DNA of 60,509 nucleotides, taken from positions 1 through 60,509 of the IMG/VR virus record IMGVR_UViG_3300012200_000002; one strand, written 5' to 3'. The notes below the pieces were generated by a model. The model ran no database searches. It was not told where the DNA came from and saw only the letters and a program-made list of their open reading frames with translations. Origin of the DNA: a virus (Duplodnaviria > Caudoviricetes). Positions 54,730-60,509 of the stretch are shown in pieces. Every line of letters starts with the position of its first letter. Position 1 is the first letter of the stretch. The translations under genes were made by a program, and so were the position numbers.

Positions 54730-55020
54730 TCACTTGGCGTAGCGCATCGTGGCCTGCGCTTGCGCGCGGCGGTGTTCGCGGTTGTCCTTGAGCTCGGCCT
54801 GGTGCCTGGCCTCTTCGGCCTCGACGATGGCCAGCAGGTGGGCGTAGCCGCCAGCACGCTCCATCATGCGCCGGCCTTCTTCGATAGCGCCCTTGAGGTT
54901 GGTGGCGAAGCCGTACGCCGCGTGTGGGCACAGCCAGAGCTGGTCGGTGATCTGGATGAAGCGACAGCCGCGCTTGCACTCGGGTTTGATGAGCTGCTTG
55001 GTGCGCGGAGCTTTGGCCAC
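54730..55020 (-). CDS. Hypothetical protein
   Basis: GTG start just after the upstream stop. Confidence 0.6.
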   Translation of the reverse strand: MAKAPRTKQLIKPECKRGCRFIQITDQLWLCPHAAYGFATNLKGAIEEGRRMMERAGGYAHLLAIVEAEEARHQAELKDNREHRRAQAQATMRYAK

Positions 55021-55021
55021 G

Positions 55022-55543
55022 CTAACACCCTGCAACGACCCACTCCGAGCGGCTGCCCGGATAGGTGGCCAACATGAACGCCATGACTCGCTGCACATCA
55101 CTGAGTGAGTGCAGGCTCAGACTGCCGGCGTAGCCGGTCGCAGCGCGGTACAGGCTCACGTGACGCGCCCAGGTCGTCGGGAAGTACTGGCCGGGCCCAT
55201 CGGCGCCGCTGCGCTGGTTGTTGGGCTTGTCGAGGCCACCCGATTCCTTGCCGATGATGCAGTTGGCACGCGACAGCGCACCCAGGATGGGCGGCGGCTG
55301 GGCCAGCACGGGTGATAGTGGGGGCGGGTTGTCGAGCTCGCCGACGCGGTGCAGATAGACGAACGGGTCCAGCCCGGTCGAGTTGACCGCGCCCTGCAGG
55401 TCCTGCGCGTCGACGCCGGCCAGCTCGGCCGCGTGGGCGATCTGCTGCTCGTCACTGGGGTCGGCCGCGTGGCCAACGATGACCGCGGTGCCCAACACCA
55501 ACCCACACACCAGACCGGCCATGAATGCTCCAGCACGGGCCAC
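55022..55543 (-). CDS. Secreted Rpf/transglycosylase-like protein
   Basis: Signal-like hydrophobic N-terminus; CII.KESGG...SGA.G..QY..TTW. Confidence 0.75.
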   Translation of the reverse strand: MARAGAFMAGLVCGLVLGTAVIVGHAADPSDEQQIAHAAELAGVDAQDLQGAVNSTGLDPFVYLHRVGELDNPPPLSPVLAQPPPILGALSRANCIIGKESGGLDKPNNQRSGADGPGQYFPTTWARHVSLYRAATGYAGSLSLHSLSDVQRVMAFMLATYPGSRSEWVVAGC

Positions 55544-55546
55544 TCG

Positions 55547-55744
55547 CTAGTTGCTTTTCTTGCCCATGTTGTCTTGCTGCGCGGTCAGGATGGCCGCGAC
55601 ACTGCCGACGTATAGCTTGGCCGGGTCGATGTGGCCAGCGCTGACCGCCTTTTGAAAGCGCGCCTGGCCATCGGTCTGGCCGTACTTGGTCTGGAAGCCG
55701 GCCAGCGTGCGCTGTCCGAGCGGCGTGAGCTGCTGCGGGCTCAT
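55547..55744 (-). CDS. MPLTKLG-family paralogue
   Basis: LTPLGQRTLAGFQTKYGQTDGQARFQKAVSAGHIDPAK. Confidence 0.65.
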   Translation of the reverse strand: MSPQQLTPLGQRTLAGFQTKYGQTDGQARFQKAVSAGHIDPAKLYVGSVAAILTAQQDNMGKKSN

Positions 55745-55911
55745 GCCGAGCTCGGTTCCGCGTCGGTGTAGTTGGTGTGGCAGGTGGCGCACTCGCGGTG
55801 GTTCTCGCTCGAGCCGTACTCCGGCTGGCCGCGGTCGAAGTAGCGTGTGCCATCGGCGCAGCGTGGGCAGGTGGTCTCCTCGGTGGGCGGCTTGGTCTGG
55901 GGGTGGGTCAT
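55741..55911 (-). CDS. Small Zn-ribbon protein
   Basis: AAGGA SD; CPRC...CATC. Confidence 0.6.
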   Translation of the reverse strand: MTHPQTKPPTEETTCPRCADGTRYFDRGQPEYGSSENHRECATCHTNYTDAEPSSA

Positions 55912-55922
55912 GGCAGGGTTCC

Positions 55923-56591
55923 TTACTCGACGCTGGGGTCCAGGTACACGGCCTGGAACGGGCCCAGGCTGTTGAACTGCGAGCGGCTGAGTGTGCTGTA
56001 CACACCGCGGTAGCCCTCGGCCGAGTTGGCGATGGCCAGCGTGTCGCTGTCGAGCGCGCCGCGCAGCCCGATGAAGTGGTACCAGCCGAGCCCGTTTAGG
56101 ATCGTGGCGGTGCGTGCCAGGGTCCAGGCTGCCTCGAAGTTGACCCACTCCTGACGGGCGCGGATGCCGTACTGCCCGAAGACCTTGATGATGCAGTCGG
56201 TGGTCTCGAGGCCGTGCTCTTCGTTGACGCAGCCTGGGTAACCGAGCATCACGGCGACGTCGTAGCGGCTGGCGTTCGGGTCAATCGCGGTCGCCTGAAG
56301 CACCCAGGTCGTGCTGCACACACTGCACGTCCAATCGCGTTGCTGCGGCTCCATCGGCCACTCGCGGTTGGCGTTGAAGTGCTCGAGCCAGGCCGGTCCG
56401 TTGATGGGCGCGCTCACCTCACTGGTGAGCAGCGGTGGCCGCGGTGTGAGCTCGAGCGTCGGGTTGAGTCCATCCAGATCAGCCTGTAGCGACGGGAAGC
56501 CTACCCATTGGCCCTGCAGCATGCGCACCAGACAGTCGGTCTGCAGCGCGGCCTGCGCCTCGAGCTGCTGCAAGTGCTCCTCGCTGATCAT
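55923..56591 (-). CDS. C39-like cysteine peptidase, endolysin candidate
   Basis: Q..DWTCS, YHFIG and IANSA match a papain-like Q/C/H/N arrangement. Confidence 0.7.
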   Translation of the reverse strand: MISEEHLQQLEAQAALQTDCLVRMLQGQWVGFPSLQADLDGLNPTLELTPRPPLLTSEVSAPINGPAWLEHFNANREWPMEPQQRDWTCSVCSTTWVLQATAIDPNASRYDVAVMLGYPGCVNEEHGLETTDCIIKVFGQYGIRARQEWVNFEAAWTLARTATILNGLGWYHFIGLRGALDSDTLAIANSAEGYRGVYSTLSRSQFNSLGPFQAVYLDPSVE

Positions 56592-56593
56592 GC

Positions 56594-56890
56594 TCAGAAC
56601 GGCCCCGCGACGTGTGCTGGCAGCTCGTCGCCTTCGTCCTCGGGCTCGAGTGGTGGCGGTGGAGTTGGGCGTGCGGCCTGCATGGCCAGCACACGCCGCA
56701 CCGTGGCCGACGGCGAACGCGCCAGCTCAGCATGCACCAGCCGCCTCGAGAGCCTCAGTAGTGCGTCAGTCAGGTCCTCGTCGTCAGGGCCCTCGACCTC
56801 ATTCTCGACCTCGAGGATGACTTCGGCTACTTCGCTGCCGAAGTTGCCATCCGAGACAGTCTTCTTGAAGCCAGCGCGCAGCGTGGTCAT
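56594..56890 (-). CDS. Hypothetical protein with acidic PF tail (paralogue of 6545..6958)
   Basis: ATGA coupling; GFKKTVSDGNFGSE. Confidence 0.7.
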   Translation of the reverse strand: MTTLRAGFKKTVSDGNFGSEVAEVILEVENEVEGPDDEDLTDALLRLSRRLVHAELARSPSATVRRVLAMQAARPTPPPPLEPEDEGDELPAHVAGPF

Positions 56891-57081
56891 GAGCGGTGGC
56901 AGGCGCACTGGCACGGCAACACTCGTTTGCCGCTGCCGCCACCGCGGCGAGTCGTGCTGCCACACGCCCAGTGCATGCCCTCGCGGCAGTAGTTTGACGT
57001 CTGTGGGTGCTCGAGGTTGAACTTCGAGCGACGGGCCTGGGCGGCCAGGCGTTTGAGCTCGGCGCGCTGGGCGTTGGTCAC
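56887..57081 (-). CDS. Small Cys/His protein
   Basis: Coupled on both sides; CQCACH. Confidence 0.55.
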   Translation of the reverse strand: MTNAQRAELKRLAAQARRSKFNLEHPQTSNYCREGMHWACGSTTRRGGGSGKRVLPCQCACHRS

Positions 57082-57293
57082 GGCACCACTGGCGGGTTGA
57101 GCTCGAGCGTCCCCTGCAGGGTCGGGTTCAGCGCGTACAGGAACGCCTCGACGCTGTCGGCACCGGTCCAGCGCCCCTCGAGCGCAGCAGCCAGGGCCGC
57201 GGTGATCAAGCCCTGCTGATTCTCAAGCGTCGTCAGGCGACCGCTCAGGTCCTGCTCGAACGAGTACCTGAGGATCTCGGGTGGCTTGGTCAT
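57078..57293 (-). CDS. Stand-alone homologue of the peptidase N-terminal domain
   Basis: Aligns by eye to the first ~55 residues of 55923..56591. Confidence 0.7.
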   Translation of the reverse strand: MTKPPEILRYSFEQDLSGRLTTLENQQGLITAALAAALEGRWTGADSVEAFLYALNPTLQGTLELNPPVVP

Positions 57294-57436
57294 TACGCGG
57301 TCTTAGAGGAGGACTCAGGCTTGTCTTCGCTGTCGTCGTCGTCGTCGGGCTCACCCGGCACCGGCACTGGCTGTGGATCGGGCAATGGCTCCGGCTGTGG
57401 TTCAGGTGCGGGCGTGGGATCGGGCGTCTCGGTCAT
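57293..57436 (-). CDS. 47-aa Pro/acidic peptide (not in ORF track)
   Basis: GAGGAG SD; TAATG coupling to the next gene. Confidence 0.65.
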   Translation of the reverse strand: MTETPDPTPAPEPQPEPLPDPQPVPVPGEPDDDDDSEDKPESSSKTA

Positions 57437-57452
57437 GCGGGCTCCTCTCAGG

Positions 57453-57677
57453 TCAGGGGTGGGGCTGTGGCCGTTCGCCGTGAAACACGATGGCCTTGTT
57501 GGCCCACATGCTCACCTGCTCGAGGTTGGTGATGGCCAGCGACAGCTCGCGGCAGTCGGGGATCAGGTTGGTGAGCTGGTCGCGCAGGTCCTTGCACGAC
57601 TGGCGGATGGCCTTGATGCGCTCGGTCTGCTCGTCGGTCGGCGCCTGGTAGTCGAACGCGTCCAGGGCCATGCTCAT
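57453..57677 (-). CDS. Acb2/Tad1-like helical hairpin protein (possible anti-defence nucleotide sponge)
   Basis: FDYQAP..EQ...RELSLAITNLEQVSMWANKAI. Confidence 0.7.
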   Translation of the reverse strand: MSMALDAFDYQAPTDEQTERIKAIRQSCKDLRDQLTNLIPDCRELSLAITNLEQVSMWANKAIVFHGERPQPHP

Positions 57678-57949
57678 CGGGGTCGCGTCCTGCCTTCCTG
57701 GACGTAGCTCTGGGCGGCGATCGCCGCGCCCCAGGCGATGTCCCACACGTCGCGCGCCATCTCACGCCCCATGCGCTGCCCGTACATCGGAAACCGCTCG
57801 TTGAAGCCACGCCAGAACTCGGCGCGCGCGGTGGCCATCGTATCCGGCTCGAGCAGCAGCGTCTTGCCGCGTGCCGCCCAGGGCTTGTCAGCGGTCACCC
57901 CGCGCTCAGCGGCGGTCATGTGCTCGTCCATCGGGTTGTCCTTGCTCAT
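57674..57949 (-). CDS. Hypothetical protein
   Basis: AGGAG SD; coupled. Confidence 0.65.
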   Translation of the reverse strand: MSKDNPMDEHMTAAERGVTADKPWAARGKTLLLEPDTMATARAEFWRGFNERFPMYGQRMGREMARDVWDIAWGAAIAAQSYVQEGRTRPR

Positions 57950-58227
57950 GGCGTGTGTGCTCCTGGCATGACCGGCTTGTGGTCGTAGTCATAGCCCTCA
58001 CCGAACAGCACGTAGCCTCGGGCGAGGAGCTCGGTACGCAGTAAGGCGAGCTCCTCGCCAAAGACATCAGGCTCAGCGTGTTCGCCCTCGAGCACCCAGC
58101 ACAGCACCTCGAGGTAGATCTTGAGCGCCACCTGGGTGGCCCCGTCGAGCTCGAGGTGCGGCTCGCCGTCGTCGAGCACCTGGCCGACCATGTCGTGCGC
58201 CCACTGCACCTCCGCGGCGCTCCTCAC
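57946..58227 (-). CDS. Hypothetical protein
   Basis: Coupled; EVLCWVL. Confidence 0.65.
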   Translation of the reverse strand: MRSAAEVQWAHDMVGQVLDDGEPHLELDGATQVALKIYLEVLCWVLEGEHAEPDVFGEELALLRTELLARGYVLFGEGYDYDHKPVMPGAHTP

Positions 58228-58484
58228 GCCAGCGTCTCGACAACTGAGGCAACGACCTCAGCGATGATCGCGTCCATCTCCTTGAAGGTCAGATCGCGCT
58301 CCTCAAGCGCAGCTTGCAGACGATCGCGGGCTTCCAGGGCGCGGCGGGCCGCAAGTGATCCCTTGGGGCCGGGCCCGAAGTCTTTGAGCGCGCTGCTGTC
58401 ACCCCAGTTGCCCAGGTGGCGCACAGACCAGTGCCCGCTCAGGTTGTGGCGTGCCACGTAGAACCTGTCGCCCGCTTTCTTCAT
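58224..58484 (-). CDS. Hypothetical protein
   Basis: MKKAGDRF start; stop coupled to the next gene. Confidence 0.55.
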   Translation of the reverse strand: MKKAGDRFYVARHNLSGHWSVRHLGNWGDSSALKDFGPGPKGSLAARRALEARDRLQAALEERDLTFKEMDAIIAEVVASVVETLA

Positions 58485-58510
58485 GCCCGGGCGACGGCGC
58501 GGAGCTATTC

Positions 58511-58756
58511 TCACGTCGGCACGTCCGGCAGGTCGACGCCCATGAGCGCATGGCAGGCGCGGCACGTGAACGTCGGACAGCCGGCCAGGACGCCCAGGTA
58601 CTCGAGCATGCCTGGTTGCCCGCAGTCGCCGCAGCTCGGCCAGTTGCCGGCGGCCAGCTCGGCGCGCACCATCAGGTCGTAATCCTGGCAGTCGTCGCAG
58701 TTGTCGTGGTGCTCCTTGGCCAACTCGGCGACCTCGCGCATCAGCCCGTCGTTCAT
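58511..58756 (-). CDS. Cys-rich hypothetical protein
   Basis: Three CxxC motifs. Confidence 0.6.
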   Translation of the reverse strand: MNDGLMREVAELAKEHHDNCDDCQDYDLMVRAELAAGNWPSCGDCGQPGMLEYLGVLAGCPTFTCRACHALMGVDLPDVPT

Positions 58757-58860
58757 CGCAAGTACCGAAACCAGCGCGCCAGGGCCGCGGCGACACACAC
58801 GCTAGCCAGCAGCCAGGACACCAGCAGCACCCACACGCTGCCCGGCAGCTCGAAGGTCAT
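58753..58860 (-). CDS. 35-aa single-TM peptide (not in ORF track)
   Basis: MTFELPGSVWVLLVSWLLASVCVAAALARWFRYLR; ATGA coupling at both ends. Confidence 0.6.
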   Translation of the reverse strand: MTFELPGSVWVLLVSWLLASVCVAAALARWFRYLR

Positions 58861-59060
58861 CGGCCCGCACCTAGCAGCTCTTCATCGGGCTGCTTGGCGT
58901 ACTCCAGCACCAACGCCAGCAATCTCTCGATCTGTGCCGGCTCGAGCGAACCACGTCGGTACTGCTCGACGAGCAGCGCACACACGATACCCAGGACCCC
59001 GCGCAGCTCGCGTAGCTCGAGCTCAGGCAGCGACATCTCAGCGAGCGGCAGCGCCGTCAT
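58857..59060 (-). CDS. Hypothetical protein
   Basis: Coupled ORF. Confidence 0.6.
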   Translation of the reverse strand: MTALPLAEMSLPELELRELRGVLGIVCALLVEQYRRGSLEPAQIERLLALVLEYAKQPDEELLGAGR

Positions 59061-59332
59061 CGCCCAGCTCGCTTGATCGGGATATACAGCAGCGGCCGCT
59101 TGCGGTCGTTGTGGTTCGTCTTCGGCTGCAGCTCGCCGATCAGCTCGTCGGCCAGGCCAGTGGCCACGTGGTGCACGATCTGGAACATCTCTTGCTCGCT
59201 GGTCACGCCACGCGCCGCGGTGTCCACCCGCCCGTCGCTGTCGACGATGATCACCACCACGCTCCTGGCCGCGGGGTCGTCGATGCGCTGCAGCAGCCGC
59301 TCGTAGGCGAAGCGATCGTTGTCAAGCGACAT
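59057..59332 (-). CDS. Hypothetical protein
   Basis: Coupled ORF. Confidence 0.65.
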   Translation of the reverse strand: MSLDNDRFAYERLLQRIDDPAARSVVVIIVDSDGRVDTAARGVTSEQEMFQIVHHVATGLADELIGELQPKTNHNDRKRPLLYIPIKRAGR

Positions 59333-59606
59333 GCACGTCCACCGCCCGACAACTCGAGCACATGCAAAAGATCGAGTGGCCCAGCCAGGTCGACGAGCGC
59401 GTCGTCAGTGCCCAGCGCACGATGTCCACCCGCGAGGTCACGCCCAGCTTGCGGCGGATCTCGCCCATCAGCCAGTGCGCCGTGTGCGGGCTGATGACCA
59501 GGGCCCGCGCGATGTCCGCGTCGCCATAGCCACCCTTGAGCAGGCAGTCGACGACGTCGCGCTCCCGCGGCGACAGCGACTCGAGGGGCTCCGAGACCAG
59601 CGTCAT
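59322..59606 (-). CDS. LuxR-type HTH regulator with C-terminal CxxC
   Basis: LSPRERDVV...IARALVISPHT...IRRKLGVTSR. Confidence 0.85.
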   Translation of the reverse strand: MTLVSEPLESLSPRERDVVDCLLKGGYGDADIARALVISPHTAHWLMGEIRRKLGVTSRVDIVRWALTTRSSTWLGHSIFCMCSSCRAVDVHVA

Positions 59607-59626
59607 GCCTGCTCGCCACCGTACGT

Positions 59627-59692
59627 GCTAGTCGTGCTTGCGCGCAAGACCTTTGCCGGCAAGCAAACCGCGCGCGTGCAACACCCACTTGC
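59627..59692. promoter_or_regulatory. Operator cluster upstream of the LuxR-type gene
   Basis: GCTAG-TCGTG-CTTGC (59627-59641), GCAAC-ACCCA-CTTGC (59678-59692) and extra GCAAG half-sites. Confidence 0.6.
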
Positions 59693-59755
59693 AGCTAGTG
59701 AGTTAGCCGCGCGTTAACACTGAGTTTTCCGTGGTTTAGCGTGGTTTACCTGGGT

Positions 59756-60217
59756 TCATTCGAACGCCGACCAGCGGCTCTCGTCGGGCTGCAGATGCGG
59801 CAGCACCCGTCCGCCCACACGCCATTCGCCTGAGCGCGTCACCCCGACCTCGACGGCCTCCATGGGCTCTGGCGCGCTGGCGTGCCGCCTCCTGGAGATC
59901 GGCCGCATCTGCTCGTGTACGCTTAGTGGCTCGGGCTTCGGCAGCTCCGGAGCTGGTGGGAGGTGCAGGTCCTGCGCATACACCGGCCGCTGGCGCAGGA
60001 GCTCCACGACAACCTCGAATGGCATCGCCTGCAGTCGGGCGTACCCATTCGGGCCATGCGGCGGCTCGATCTCCATCTCGCGCTGTTGCAACCACCAACC
60101 ACCGAGCTCGCGCGCTGGCTCTGGTGCCGGTTGGGGTCTCTCTGGCGGCCTGGCAGCGTAGCGCCTGGCGCGATCGAACGCCTCCACCACCGACAAGGGC
60201 ACGCCGCGGGGTTTCAC
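59756..60217 (-). CDS. Hypothetical protein
   Basis: GTGA coupling. Confidence 0.55.
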   Translation of the reverse strand: MKPRGVPLSVVEAFDRARRYAARPPERPQPAPEPARELGGWWLQQREMEIEPPHGPNGYARLQAMPFEVVVELLRQRPVYAQDLHLPPAPELPKPEPLSVHEQMRPISRRRHASAPEPMEAVEVGVTRSGEWRVGGRVLPHLQPDESRWSAFE

Positions 60218-60402
60218 GACAGCCGCTCGCGGGCCTCCTGGTTGAAGTACGACCACAGCTTGTGGCGCGCCATGGCCGCCATCCAGCCTAGCGCGAAGTC
60301 GACCCGCGAGGTTTTGCCGCCATCGCGCCGCACACAGTTCACGAAGTCATCCTCGAGCCGAGCTCGGCCGAACTCATTCAGGTCCTCGATCGACAGCTTC
60401 AC
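60214..60402 (-). CDS. Hypothetical protein
   Basis: GTGA coupling across the circular join. Confidence 0.6.
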   Translation of the reverse strand: MKLSIEDLNEFGRARLEDDFVNCVRRDGGKTSRVDFALGWMAAMARHKLWSYFNQEARERLS

Positions 60403-60509
60403 GCCTCACCCCGGGGGTATTCGCGGTACTTGGCCAGCCTGGGTCTGCCCTTGGCCAGGCGCTCCAGGCGCTTGACATGGGCCACCACGTCGGCGCACGC
60501 CTCCGAACA
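60387..60509. repeat. Terminal direct repeat, copy 2
   Basis: Identical to 1-123. Confidence 0.97.

Noticed and set aside
1-60509. Very frequent CTCGAG/TCGA words
   Set aside because: Explained by preferred Leu-Glu and similar codon pairs; not tested statistically.
1-60509. tRNA, rRNA or IS elements
   Set aside because: None recognised by eye; the HTH at 50714..51235 resembles transposase HTHs but has no DDE partner and sits in the terS position.

Overview
This window is an apparently complete, circularly assembled, very GC-rich tailed-phage genome of about 60.4 kb; bases 1-123 are repeated exactly at 60387-60509. It looks podovirus-like: an N4-gp56-type major capsid, portal and terminase, several large ejection-type proteins including a 2989-aa polyvalent protein, and no tape measure or sheath that I can recognise. 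It has a cI/cro-like switch, an iteron-containing replication initiator, a Bet-like recombinase, a DNA methyltransferase, a ParB-like protein, a TGT/DpdA-like protein, an Acb2/Tad1-like protein and cell-wall hydrolases, but no intact integrase. The host is unknown; high GC and leaderless promoters suggest Chloroflexota or Actinomycetota (inference). The standout signal is a candidate RNA-based regulatory system. Seven unrelated + strand genes each follow a near-consensus sigma70 promoter whose -10 lies only 6-8 nt before the ATG (leaderless), and all begin with the same ~13-nt tag ATGAACCGCACCG (Met-Asn-Arg-Thr). The reverse complement of the tag occurs in two structured non-coding places: a candidate sRNA at ~51755-51841 (up to 16 nt of perfect complementarity; both tag variants remain G-U pairable) and the loop of a terminator-like hairpin at 11014-11055. 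Other notable items are a probable +1 CCC-UGA frameshift joining small and large terminase, a dispersed GCAAG-N5-CTTGC operator, and several internal paralogue families. All family calls come from motif recognition by eye; no searches were run.
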